From Selaginella moellendorffii (lineage: Eukaryota > Plantae > Lycopodiophyta): DNA of 64,000 nt. Each line of letters begins with the position of its first letter. Position 1 is the stretch's first letter. The notes beneath the pieces are model-generated. The model searched no databases, was not told the DNA's origin, and saw only the letters and a list, made by a program, of their open reading frames with translations. Positions 13,213-26,911 of the stretch are shown here, in pieces. The DNA lies in the NCBI RefSeq assembly GCF_000143415.4, contig NW_003314273.1, positions 1,518,052 through 1,582,051 of the forward strand, in the 5' to 3' direction. The translations under genes were made by a program, and so were the position numbers.

Positions 13213-16200
13213 TCAGTTTGCTAAGTCTTCTCAACTTGAATGTCGAGGAAAGTTTCTTGAATTTGTGTTTCGCCTAATTTGTCTTGAGTCAATTGTTGTT
13301 TTTCATAGATTGCAAAGTCAAGCTCTTACGTCTTGAGTCTATTACAAGTTTTGATCTTATAGTATAAATGCGAAGTCAAGCTCTTGTGTCTTGAGTCTTC
13401 AATCGAGATTTTCTTTCTCGATTCTTCTTGAGTTTCTTCTCGAGGTCACTTTCCTGAGTCTAGCTTAGGAAAGGTCTTGTATTTGAAAAATCAGATGGTG
13501 TAAGTATGCACTATTTTGTTTGTTGGAAGGAGGTCTGTTTTGTCATAAATTGATTGATGTAGCTATTCGCTGGTAAATTTTGGATACTGCTCGCCAACTT
13601 TGGGATCGAGCAGGTATGTAAATGATTGCAATTCTCTCTAGTAGTCCAATCTTGAATAGTTGTTTTAATCTCTTACAGTGTGTTGGTTGTTTTTGTATGC
13701 GAGCTCTCATTACGAGCTGTTGTGTTTCCCAGTCGTTGGTAAGATCTGAAGATGCTGAATATGGCAGTGGTTGTATTTTTAATGTCCTAATTCTTGTATG
13801 TTCCGTGTCTCAAGTGACGTCCACACGTCAAAGTATGAATTTTAAACAATTCTTGTTGCTGTAAGCCTATGTGTGCGCAAATCTATCCAATGCGCTTTTC
13901 TCTATGGTCGATTTCGTGGTAGTGTATTTCCCTGAGGCCGTTCTTGCCGGTCTTGTTCTACTTCCCTCTGTCGTATAGCACGTCCTCTTCCACGATCAGA
14001 GTCGATCGCTTCAAGAACTTCCCAAGGTATAGTCTCAATTAATATTCTTGCATTGTAAGTTTGTAATCGTGACACAAGATCTCCTAAAATACTCCTTAAA
14101 ATACTGAAATTTCTTGTACGCACTCTTCCTTGTTGGTTGCGAGTGGTGTATATTTCTAAGCTGGGATTTCGATGTTGGACCTCAGTGTCAAAGTTGAAAT
14201 TTGTTACTGTATTTAATCTTGGCCCATTGTGATTCCGTCTTAAATTTCTTCTCCTTCGATTCGTAATCCTTGAGCTTCCAAGATGTCCCTTTGAACTTGT
14301 CACAAGTTCAGGTTCCCGTCGGTTTCTTGAACTCAAATTCTCAATTCGAATTTGTTGATTGACTTGTTCTTGATTCCTTAATTCTCCAGCTATTCTTGTC
14401 CGTCCTAAACGATGTCAATATGTTATAGTGTATAGTTCGTTAAGGGTGCTTGTTGGTAGAGTTACACCTAGAGGACTTTGAAGAAGTCGATAAAGTAATT
14501 TTGCATTCTCTTCAAAATCCCTAAATCTAAGTGTGTCAACAAACCAACAAACTTGTGGTTCAATGGTTCCACACTCTGTTGCTACTATAACTCTTGTCAA
14601 ATCAGTGTTGAAAACAAGTGTTAATGGTTGAAAAGTTTCACATTTATGTATGCCTAGAAATTCGATAATTGTCTGTTGAAAGATGTGTCCACGATACACC
14701 CAAGTTAGGGTTCTTCGAGTTGCAAAGAAATTGAAATAAACATGTTTTTCTTTCAACATTTCCTCATTTTCGCATTCTTCCTATTTGCTAGACAATTTGT
14801 AAAAGAGTCTCAAAAGTGTTTCTTAAAGTTTTTGAAAGCAACGAAAGCTTTGTTTCTCTTCTTTTTCTAAACTATCGTTACTCTTTTTAGTGTCGTCTTC
14901 TTGGGCTATTTCTTCCCGTTTCTTTCTCTCTTCTACTATAGCACTTTCATCCTTGATTCGGAGTCTTTCTTTCGCTTGCTTGCAAGTATTGCATCGCCAT
15001 TTTGGATAGCATTGCTTGTATGGTTTTGCACAATTTCTGAAACCACACAAAAGACAATCTTCGTATCTTGTACAGCTTGTATCTCCAAATGGGCAGTCGT
15101 GCTTTTACATTCTTCCTCCATCGCCAGCCGCTAGAATTTTTCTTTGGTCATTTCTTTGTCGCAGATTCTTGATATATTTGTTTTCTTCAACCTCTCGCTA
15201 AAAGCGATTACGCTCACACCCCAAGTTTTCTGCGACTTGGGTGGCTTCAATCTTCAAGTGTTCTTCATGTTTTCATGCTCGTTAACACTTGCTTGCTCTG
15301 ATTTCTTGTCGGAGATTCTTCAAATATTCTGATGTGCAGAATATTCTTCGTCGTCAACCTCTTGCCAAGAGGCAGTTATGGAGGATGCTTGGACTTTCTA
15401 AGAAGTGGGCGATCACTAGATGATCGTAGTCTTCAAGCGCTTGGTCTCTAGCATGTTTGCCATGCTTCTTGCTGTAGATTTTTGTCGATTTTCTTCTTTT
15501 TGTTTCTTTTTGACTTTTCCCTTGATTCTTGACTTCGGCTTGTTCTTTTAGTTGTGGCTAAGGCTTCCAGTATTTGTTCTTTGGGTGCTCTTCACTTCGC
15601 TTATCCCATCGTGGTCGCCAAAGTGGAGAACTACAAAATCACCTCTACAATGATCTTGTGAATCCTCTCTAATCTAAACTAGATCCAAACATAAAAAGGA
15701 AAGAAATACTTAGCCATGTGCTGTTGCAAAGATGTTGATGCTGAGATTGATGCACATCTCACAGCCTTGATCCCCAGAAGGCAGTGAGTAAGATAGGCAT
15801 GGAAGAGAAGAGTTGATATTGAGCAAGTGGAGTGTATGTTATTATGGCCAAGGATATAAAAAGATAGAAAGGGGATAGGTCTGGCATGCTATCACCAGCC
15901 TATATAACCACTACATGCCCAGTCATCCAAGTCAAGAATTTAGACCGGGAGAAATCCTGATCTCAATTCCTGACTCAGGAAATGCCTTTGTGCGAAAATC
16001 ACGATGCAAATGCATGTACCTCTCTACTCCCTCTCTAACTTATTTCCACTACTCGTTCTCGAGTAGTCTCAGATTCCATTGACATAACCTTGCACTTAGG
16101 AACTTTTAATTTTGACTTCTCAGAGTCAATTTCCTAGGTGTCTCCGACACCTTACATTGCACATGGTGCAAGTCCACTTCCCTATCCTAGGAAGTTCTTT

Positions 16201-18704
16201 ATTTGAGGATACCATCATCCTCTCTCTGATATCGTGCCACCTTTGACATTAAGTTTTGGTTATCATAATTGGTGCTAAGGCTGCCCATGGCCCTATTATT
16301 TGGCTACCTTACCGCTCCCCCCTTTGGAGCATCCACTTTCGCGAAATCGGAGTGGTTGGGAATCCACCCTTAGGGAAACTTTGCCTTTCCCATAATCCGT
16401 TAACACCCAACACATTAGTGTTCTCGGCCTAACTTTGCCATTTGGATTCTTTCCCAGGATTCCCATGGCTCTTTTCCTAGCCACTAGTCTTTTGCTCCTA
16501 TCCTTGATTGTTACCCAGCAACATAAGATCGCTACCTCCATTTTCGAGGTTTCCTTTCAGTTCCATAGCAAACACTTTGTTTTGCCAAGTCTAGAGCGTA
16601 TTCACCCCTAGTACGTCTCTTTAACATTTTCTGCTGTGGGCTCTATCCACGGCCCAACTTTTGAAATCCTTTCTTAGATCTTTTATAGAGACTACCTTTC
16701 TCGGACTTATTATACCACAACATTGACATAGCTCATTTCCCTTAGGTGTTCTTCCCACTTGGTCACCTTGACCAAGCCACACCATTATCAATAGTTCAAA
16801 TCAACACTTTGAACTAGGAATCATATTCCTTAACCCAAACAAAGACTTTGTCCTTGTTTAGCCACAAGATCACCTGGTGATCTCATTTTGACCCCTTAAT
16901 AGGTCTACCCATAGGAACTAGGTCTTCTAGACCCCTCCATGTTGTTGACTATAACCCCGGGGGCATCCCCCACACTTGGCGGTGCGCCCAAGCCAACCCT
17001 TCCGGCCAAGGATCCATAGCAACTGAGACTTAGTGTCCCCATCTCATTCACCACGTCCTTGGTGCCCTTTGCACCAAAGTGTTCAAGTTAGATATGCCGA
17101 GCTTTCACTCTAAGCAATCTAACCGTGCATCACGACTCCGAGGCATCCCTCACTTGACGGTGTGCCCAAACCAGTCTCCTTACTGAGAGTCCATGACCAC
17201 CGAAATATAAGTGTCCTCATATTCCAAACCATCACCACGCCCTAGTGATTTGGGACTCGAACCCAAGCACTAGAGGGTTGGGACTTGAACCCAACCTCCG
17301 TATATGCATTTACGGACGGCATCACCCCAGATGCCTGACGTGACTCCCCACGCTGGTGCACCAATTTATATTTAAAGCGCGCTATAGATCATGCTTAGGA
17401 ACCTAGTTCCTCCGCACTGCCAAGTCCTCTCACTTGACACGTTTTGTGATCATGCATGGACTCCTCCATGCTCGGCCCCCTGGGCCACCCCTTTGAAGTT
17501 GGCTCCTTCAACTAGGGTATTTGTTCCCCCCAACTTGCCAATCTCACTTAGCAAGTCATTTGGCCACCGTAACATGGTTCATGCATAAGCGTGAAAGTCC
17601 TTAACCATCGACTTTCGTTCAAAGCCTTCTCTTTGAACACTTAGGAACTACTTCCCCAATCTTGATAGCCTTGCTTCATGGCAAGCTTCAAAACCACGCT
17701 TTTGCTGCGCCATTCTGATTTCACGCATTCTATGAACCATTTACACTTGGCCTTTCTAGGTACTAAGCTACCTAGAATCGTCTTTGGGAACCTTGAAGCA
17801 ACTCTGTCCCTTAGCTTGCTAAGGCCTCCCTTTTCACAAGCTTTATAGTTGCCATATAGTCTAACATGGACAATTCCATATTTTAGACTCTCCATGGCAT
17901 CACGGTTGCTAGCAATAACATCCTCGAGCACCCTCTTGATTTTCCACTCCCAACTTGTATAACCACCGTTGGATATGCCCTTCGATTTCTATTGTTCAAT
18001 TCCATCCCAATACTATTTGCCTTTTGGCCCCATATGTTTCCTTTGGTTATTCTCCTCCACACTAGGAGGATAACTTTGTACATTTTACTATGCCTTAGAA
18101 AGTATTCTTAGGGATGAACCTACCCGATAGCCTAGGGAGTGGTTCCTCAATCTTGGGCATGCTCACGTTATAATCCCACACATCGGGATTAACGTTGTTG
18201 CTTATGGGCCTTTACATGCCCATCACTAGCCTTGCCAAAATTCCATTTTTGGCTCTGTTCAATTCGGGTAGACAGTCTTCTCCTGTCTCTACAACCTTGG
18301 ACATTTGGATAGCACCTACTATCCATCATTCACTAGGGACTTAGTCCCTTGGGCCTTATCTACTGCCCTTGCGACACAAAACACCACCTCCTGGTGTTTT
18401 AGAGTGTTTGGGTGTCCCAATGATGGCCTCCTGACAATGAGCATTTCTGTTTATGATATTGACTTATTAAATCGCAACATAAGCAATTTATCCCCCGTAA
18501 GGGTATATATAACTTCCTTATGGCATTAAGAAGTCTTGGGTAGCTACCTTCTACCCATTTAACCAATTATCTTGCACCTCTTGCTTAGTTGCCCCATAGT
18601 TGTCAAGTCCTATAACTCATTGTTTGGTGCTTCCACACTTCCATCATTATCTGGGTCACCACACTCCAACCGCATGCCTACCAGCTTAGGCCATGCCATT
18701 CACG

Positions 18705-18804
18705 NNNNNNNNNNNNNNNNNNNNNNNNNNNNNNNNNNNNNNNNNNNNNNNNNNNNNNNNNNNNNNNNNNNNNNNNNNNNNNNNNNNNNNNNNNNNNNNN
18801 NNNN
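18705..18804. other. Assembly gap (100 N)
   Basis: Run of N. Confidence 1.
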
Positions 18805-19842
18805 GCCCCAAGAGCTTACCCTTATGACACTACTTATTAGTGTCTAGGTTTTTGCCAAGACTAATATAGTTGTTCTTCATGCTAACTATTTGTTAGCACT
18901 GCACCATAGTGTTTGCACCCAACTCTAGGCCAAAGTTGCTTTCTTCTGGGAACATCTTTCCCACAACTTTGGTATGGCACATTCTGCTATCAATGACATA
19001 CCTACTGTTCTTATACTTGGATCTTATGATCCTCCCCATACCTCATGGGGCACCATACACCTCAGTCCAAATGCTCCAACCAATCCCTTAGGACCATTCC
19101 CTGACTCTGCTTGAGTCATCCAGCATTTTGGACTTTGCTAATCCAACAACCTGCGAGGTCTCAGTCTTAGAGGTGCCAACTCACTGGAATACAACTTCTT
19201 GTATTCATGTCCTACTCACAAGGACAATCTTTGCAAGTGTTACTCTAATACTTGATGATTTTTTTGGGGCTAACCTTTGCCCCTTAGGACTACTTGTCCA
19301 TGTGATGAGAATAGCAACACATCTTTAAGTACACCCCAAACTCCTTGGGTTGTTCCAGCATTTATTAGAGGTAGCCCCGGCTACCATTTCAAGGACTGGT
19401 GTCCTCTTCTGTATTTGACCTCCCACGGTCAACAATTCCGGTCTCAAATTTATGAGTACCAACCTCAACCATATAAGGGTAATCTTGTGACTCTTTTATT
19501 GTTTTGGAGTCTGCATCTTTCCCGTGATCCCAATTATAGTTGTTTACCACAACTACATTATCTCGTTTGCTGCGTCAAATGCTCATCTGGATCACATCCT
19601 CAGCTCTCTGAGGAAACCCTTATACTGTTCCCAAGATCCCCAAAGTCGTTCCATTATTGGCCCTTTTCTATCCACCACCTCACCTAAAAGTTCACACATG
19701 AACTGTAATGGAGAGCCATGTCTTCCCGACCTGCTACTCCTCAAGGATAGGCCCACTCCTCGAACCTTCCGATGCAAACACTAGTGGTGATATACTTGAG
19801 CACCAATAAAAGTCGGACTAAGGAACAGTTCCGATACCAAGT

Positions 19843-21319
19843 TGTAAGCGACTAATTTTTCCATTTTACTTTAGTCACTTAACCACACCTCCGACCACTT
19901 GGAGGAGTCTCACTCACAACCTCCGTAAGTCCTATTTTTGACTTGGGCTTACTAGCCCCGAGAATGGCATCCCCACCACTCAACCTATGCACTTGGTCCA
20001 AGTGCTCCACGTGCCCGATCCCATGATCGACACCCCAAGGTACCACCAACATATCAGCCTGTTACGCTAAGGCCATGTCCATTCACCTTGGTCATAACGA
20101 TGGTCTGACACCACCTGCATCCTAGTCCCGTCACTCAAAGACTTGGCCATCCATCCATGAGTGATCATCCTAGATCCACTCTTTAGCATCCTTAGGGTGC
20201 CCACAAATATGGGGATTAGCCTTCCCCAATATCTCCATTCCAGTCCCCACCAAGTCCCTTTTCGTCCTTGGCCGTGCTCGCCAACACTGCCACTGGATCA
20301 AGGCCCACGGGCCCGACCACTAAGTCCCACTGTCCTCTAGGACTTCCTCCCTATATGACCGTGTCCTTGGTCACCACACCAGAGGACTACTCCTCTTCCT
20401 TTCCACAGTCTGGGACTTTGGGACGACATTTCGGAACACCGTGGCCCTACGCGGGCCTCGTGGGTACTCTCCCTGCCTTTCGCCTTTAGGTGCTCTAGCC
20501 ATAGGCTTAGAGCGAGGTTCCATTGAGCCACACTAGGTATCCAAGTAGGTAGTGCCACCCACACTTGGACTGGGAGCATCGGCCAGACGATCTCCCGGGG
20601 GAACTAGAGCCGGCTCTTGAACACTTCACCAAGCTACCCCGCTTGTCGATCCATGTTCACTCTAGTCTTGGACTTCCCAGTGGTCAGCTCATCACCCAAC
20701 ACTGGGTGCAGCCTCTTTGGGCCAAACTGGCCTTTCCTGGCCAAACTGGCTCCACTGCAGTCCTCCCCCTTACTATACTTTTGGAGCTCACCAAACCCCC
20801 CAGGGTCTGGGAGACGAACGCTTTGGGCTTTCACCCCTCAGACTCGAACTCGGACTCAGACTCGGACTCAGACTCGAACTCGGACTCAGACTCGGAGTCG
20901 GACTCGGACTTGGCCTCGGCCTCAGCCTCGGTCTCGGTCTCGACCTCGGACTCCATCTTGGATTCCGTCTTGGGTCCATCTCAGACTCCATCTCGGTCCA
21001 CCTCGGACTTCGTCTCGGACTCCATCTTGGATTCCGTCTCGGTCCATCTCGGACTCCGTCTTAGTCCACCTCGGACTCCATCTTGGACTCCTCCACGTGT
21101 CATGTGTTGGTCCTTTTGGGTCCCTTTATGGAGCCTCGCTTATTGCCCGCTTCATGCTCGTTCTTTGAGCACTCCGTTGGGAGTTCCACTCCCGCTCTCA
21201 ACCTCTCAAGTCGGAGCCTTTTAGTCCAAACGTGTTACGCTTGTTTGGCTTTTGCTTTGGCCACTACCACATGGCACCCTTTCGGCTCCACTTTGGGGCT
21301 TAGGGATTTGTGTCTCACA
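19843..21319 (-). repeat. 5' LTR of family A element
   Basis: TG...CA termini; adjacent PBS; matches 5755-7425. Confidence 0.92.
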
Positions 21320-24300
21320 CCCTGCATGGACAAGGTAGGAACCTTGTGATACTAGTCAATGCCCAAGGAAGAAGATCCAAGGTGGAGGCCCAGGATCTAA
21401 AGGTACGGCAATGCAAGGCCAAAGATTTGTGCCTAAACCTGGTGTCCACAAGAGGACAACTCACTAAAGTGACCAAGGCTGCATTTTTGTGCTTACTCTT
21501 GGTGAAGAGTGACAAAAAAACAGAAACGGAAGAAGTACCTTTAATGATCCAGCAATCTTTCTTTTGGATTTTTCTCAAGAAATTGTTAGCAAAAAAATTT
21601 AAACTTGAGTTTTTTGGCAATATATGCTGAACTCAAATTTTAAACTTGTCACATACTATGTGGCTTTGGTAACGATTGAAAAACTATCCTTCCTGCATTG
21701 TTTGGGCACTAAGTCACTACAATCGCAAGAAGAATTCTTTCGTTTAGTGTTGTCTAGGCTTAGGGCCTTTGCAATCACTAAAGAGATCTACTTGTGATTC
21801 CTAGTGCTAGGCATGTTTGGAATTCATAAGCAATTTTCTCCAAACTATTTTTCAAGCCAAAGAGTGATGATTTATCCCACCGTGGTCACCAAAGTGAGTA
21901 AGGCTTTTTTACCTATACTCGCATTCTTGCTTCTACTTGCAAAATAGTGACAAACAAACAGAGGCAGAAACATAAAGAAGATAAGAAGAATGAGAAGATA
22001 ATAGAAAAGAACTCAGCCTTAAACCCTAAAGGCGTGAGTAAAGATAAGCATATATCACTCTCTCAACTTTACTTTGTAGAAATAGTCATATGTAGGAGAA
22101 AAGATGGTTAATTCAATGCAAATGCATATAATAATGAGTGGGGGTTGTTTTCTAGCACATCTAAGTGTTATTTATATACTACATAATTTTGTAACCATTT
22201 TTAACTGCTTCTTGCTTGTTTATGACAAGCGTTACCTAGGTTGGGTCTTTTTTCTTTGAATACCTAAGCTTAAGCATAACTCTATTTCATCTAAGCTTCC
22301 TTCTTTTGCTATGCCTAGAAAGATATATAAGATAAAACATTTATCTCTTCATCAAGTACTATGAGGCTCATTGGTCCTTGCCCCTTAAGAAGTTTGAACC
22401 TTCCCTTTGGGTTGGAATTCGGGATTTGAGGGGGATTTAAAGGGTCTTATGATCAAGTTTTGTTATATTAAGGAATGTTAAAAATTTAGAGGCTTGGTGT
22501 GGTTGACTACTTATATTTATTAAAAGTGTAGTTGAACCTTAAATCTAGTCTATTCTAAGGAGGGGAATTGAGAAAGAGAGTTTGAAAATTTATGAAGATA
22601 TAGCTAACACTATATTATTTATGTTGTAAATAGTTAAAGCTAAGTAAAACCAAATAGGAGCTAATATTATAGGAAAAGACCTTTAAATGGAATTTAACTA
22701 TGGAATCCTCCTATATTAAGCATTAGTCCTTCTATATTGTTACATGATAGTTTGTTATGTCCCACCAAACACCTTATTAGTTATAGTTATGGTAAGTGCC
22801 TAAATCTTGCAATGATGCAAATCTATAGAATAAAGAAAGTGATCTAAACACCATGGTGTTGTTTATGCATCCCGATTCATGATTTTATGCCATTCTTTAT
22901 GCCATCCATATTTAATATATTTTCAAGCTAGTCCTAAAGACAATCTCATTGGACTACATTAATGTGAGCTTTTATATAGGGGAGGGGGATATGAGGGTTT
23001 CAGATGTATAGTAGGGATAGTGGTTGAAAACATGAGATATTAATTTGGCTCCTATTGGGCCATGTCACTCCTTATTCTACATTTGGCTTACTCCATGTTA
23101 TGTTAGTTAATGGGGTACCCACCTCTTTATGTTAGGCCACTAGTATTTTAAACTTGTGCCAAACTCCATTTGATACCATTTGGGTGTAGGGGTATACAGG
23201 GAGGTGGTGCTTGAAGGGGATTTGAGTGCATACTGAACCCTCATTCCATAGTGCAATAGGCTTGGAATTTAACTCCAAATTCATGTACACTACATTGGTA
23301 TCAGAAAAACTATCTCAACGATTTCTTTTGTTAGAGTTTCTGACTTCAATTGCATATATAGAGACTTTCCTAGAAGATCTAAATTGACATGTGTACATGG
23401 GCTAGGATCTGAAGGTTAAATGAAAGAACTATCAAACTAAAACATTTATGAAGCTCTAAGGATTTGGTGGTTGACCTAGGATCTTGATTCAGTTCTTGCA
23501 TGAAAATATAGTAAATGCTAGATCGTTAGAACCAATTTAAGTTTCCCATCTATTTGAATTTATGGTATGATTTGATAGGAATTTTCAAAATCTACTATAG
23601 GATATTAGTACACTGTCATTGTGTCTGATTACAACTAATTCAATAGATTGATATGTGTGCCTTGCAAAACTTCTTATGCAAATGGTGGTTTTATTATGGA
23701 TCAGGTCAAGGTCCTGGCCTGCCTCTAATATTATTAAGATGTTGACACAATGGCTCAATATTGAGTAGTCTTCTACATCTTCTTATCATCAAAATAGATG
23801 TCTTAGAAAAACTTAAATTGGATGCTTAAAAAAATGATTTCAAAGTACATAGACCTGCATTTGAAATTTGGATTGGTGGTTGCTATATTTGCAATTTGCT
23901 TATATGTTAGCCACATAAATGCATTTACATCTCTCTCTCTTTTGTGCACTATTTGCATAGGAGCTTGTTTTACCTCTTACTGTGGGTTTGATTCCAATCA
24001 CTCTGCACTATCCAGAGGGGAGAGCATGGTTGGAGTATCTGGATCAAGTATTACTAGTGTTACATATGCAGTCTTTGGAGTTATGAGTAGGCATAGGCAT
24101 AAGAGTATCAATAGTGTTTTTATGATATACGGCATAGCTGCCCACTACACTATCAACCAGGTGATCTAGTGTTGGCAAAGTTTCTACAACTTGGAGATCC
24201 GCATTACCTGGCTAGTCGATTGCCTCGGATTCAACCCTTTCACTAATAATGATACTGGAGGGGGTAGTCTGAGGTCTCTATGTATGGTATACATATATTC

Positions 24301-26911
24301 TATGTAGGCTAATCTGGGTTGCCATGTTAGTGCAGTCTAGACCAGTAATTGTCTATCTAAGAATGAGCCTCCGGTAATCTAAAGATACCTCTCTTTTGCC
24401 ATACTTAGGGTTCTCTCATGCTTGCAACTAGCATGTAAGTTAGCTACACTGGACCATGTAGAAATGACTATTTATGTTTTGATGGTTAAGAAAATGTTCA
24501 AACTGTCTGGGACAGTGCCAATGGCTATCTTGCATATCTATTTGAAATAGTCACAGACACCCGCACTTGACATAAAACAGAAGCAGGACATGTTAATACA
24601 TGCTACATGCTATTGCATCTTTTCAAGCCATAAGCTGCGATGGAGCATTGAATTCATCTGGATAATCTACAGGACGAAAAGAACAGAAAAAAGAGCAATT
24701 GCAATCACAAGAGATTTTCCTTTTCTTGTTTACCTCTGGATCCACTGCCATCTTTTATGGGGCCTCTCAACCAAAGTTTACAATGTGGCATCGACCTACA
24801 TCCACTGAAAAAGAAGAAAAAATGAGAGACTAAACTTGCCTTGATTTCTCGGAAAGAGAATATGAAGAGGTGCTTCTTATGCTGGGATCGCTTCACCAGG
24901 GTCGCTCACCTTCCTATGCACAGAAAATTGCAACAAAAAAGTCCAAGAAATTAATAGAACTGTCACCAAACAAAAATAAGTGGATGATAAAGGTTTCGTT
25001 TCTACCATCTCTTCTTCCTTGTTTTATGCTGCAAGAAGTAGTTCCAAAACACGTAACCGCTTCTCCCAGCACCGTGGTAGATATAGTGCTCGCCCAAGTA
25101 GCCACCTGAGCCTAGGGATGCTTATTCGCTAGTGGCTTGCCCACTCATTGTATCACTGCTAATCAATGATCCGAGGGTGGCTGTGGACGTGGCCAAAGTA
25201 TTTTGCTCGATTTAGCCACAGACCCTGCATAGCATGCAAATTTCATGAAATTTAAAAGGAAGTAGAGATTTTAGAGGAAAGAAAACCCAAGATCAACAAT
25301 GCGAATGAGAAATTAATACGTCAAACTTGAGAGTTCCGAAAGCCCTGCCACTTTGTTCAAAACTTAGATCCTTTCGCTCCACCAGGAACTTCCCTAAGTG
25401 CTGAGTTAAGCAGAGATGGGAAACAAGTATTTGCATAGCTGAGGGGTGAGTGTCTCACAACCAAACCCATAACATTCTAAGTGGTGTTAGCATGCAATCA
25501 CAAGAACTTGAAGAAAATTAAGAAATGCAAGAGCTTACCATTGCTGTGCAAGCAATACACCAGTAAGGAGGCAAACAAGCACAAGTGTGACACTTGGCTG
25601 GAATACAACACCAACCAGCAGTGTAGAATTGGAAGATGAGAAGCAAGTTTGTTCTTCTTGCAAATACCTGCATCTGAAAGCATCATTAACCTCCTTGCAG
25701 CAAAATAAATCGTCTGGGAGAACAAAGGGGAAAAGATATATAAGTTTGTGCCTTCTTGTCCAAACGTGATAGAAAAGTGAAGTGAATTGATTTGATTAAA
25801 TTTGCTTCAGAAGGTTGCAGGCATGATCAGACTGTTCTGGCTGAAGTCTTTATGGCCCCAGTTGTGCTGCAAATCTATCCAATGTCAAGATTTTCTGTCA
25901 CCTCCTTGTGGCTCCCTGGTTTGCTCCCAGGAAGTCTTTCTTAAGATTTTTCAATTTTGAGTCTCAAAGCTAACGTACTCAGGCAAGTTGTCAAGATAAA
26001 AACACCAAGGGAAATCTTGAAGGTGAAGAGCGTACCATCATCAGATGAGCAGCCTGCAAGACATAATAATCTATGGCCCCATTAAAAGGCAAAAGGCCTT
26101 CTGCTGGAAACACTTTGGAGGGATTGCTTTGGCCAGCCCCATCTATAGACAGAAAGGACTTCTTTCTATTCTGGATGGTAAAGAGCCACCACCAGACGTT
26201 GCAGGGGCGATGTTCCGAGTTTACTAGTTTACTAAACCTCGCCAATACTAGCCATTATCAACAAGCTGGGGAAAAAAGAGACGGAGTCTTGTTTACTGCT
26301 CAAGCTCTAGTGATCCACCACGTGAGATTCATGTACTATCACAAGATTGAAGGCTTTCACAATTTCCCAACCACTCTTGCTGTTGAGCGGGGCTGTGGGG
26401 TCCAGTTGATACTCCCTCCTCTCTTGAAAAATTAGAGTGTCCGGCTTATTTGCGCTTTGTCTCGGAGCCATCAGTCCAGAATAGAGAGCAGGTAACAGAA
26501 AGTTTAGCTCACTGGAATATTTTGAAAAGAAAAATTCCCAATGACTGAAAGGGGAGACTGGATTTCGAGCCATATTATAATTTTCAAGATTTACGTAAAA
26601 AAAGCATCATTATCCATGAGCAAAGCATGATTTCAGTGGCTTGATCAAGGCAAAAGGATACTTATAGTAAGTGCAGGTCATGCAAGCTCCCTCAACACCT
26701 ATCCAGAAGCAACTCCAGAGCTGCAGCGTTGAGCCTCAGTCATAAATACCTGCCCCTCAAAGGAGGGATTAACGCATATATGAAAAGCTTCATATGACGG
26801 TACGTACTATATGGAAAATACAATCACTTCTATTATCTCTTCTAGCCCTTGAGGCTCTTTATACATGCGTATGATATATCCATGAATCCTGCATTGTACT
26901 TGCCTCCAACA

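Larger units (their letters stand above)
7682..16026 (-). mobile_element. Ty3/Gypsy element B, nested in family A, integrase deleted
   Basis: ~403-bp LTRs at 7725-8128 and 15624-16026; imperfect TSD CTCTC/CTCCC; PBS TGGCGACCACGATGGGA (tRNA-Arg-like) at 15604-15620; gag, PR, RT, RH order. Confidence 0.88.
5755..21319 (-). mobile_element. Complete LTR retrotransposon, family A (non-autonomous, LARD-like degenerate interior), with nested element B
   Basis: Two direct LTRs (5755-7425, 19843-21319) with TG...CA termini; perfect 5-bp TSD CCCTG (5750-5754, 21320-21324); PBS TGGTATCGG near 19831-19839; PPT-like GGGTGGTGGAGT at 7426-7437. Confidence 0.93.

Noticed and set aside
15622-16028. AGT...ACT (errantivirus-like) LTR termini for element B
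   Set aside because: Boundaries at 7682 and 16026 give a 5-bp TSD and the usual 3-nt PBS spacer, which fits better.
17242-17297. tRNA genes or SINE
   Set aside because: Only T-arm-like hairpins are present; no cloverleaf, A-box or tail is evident.
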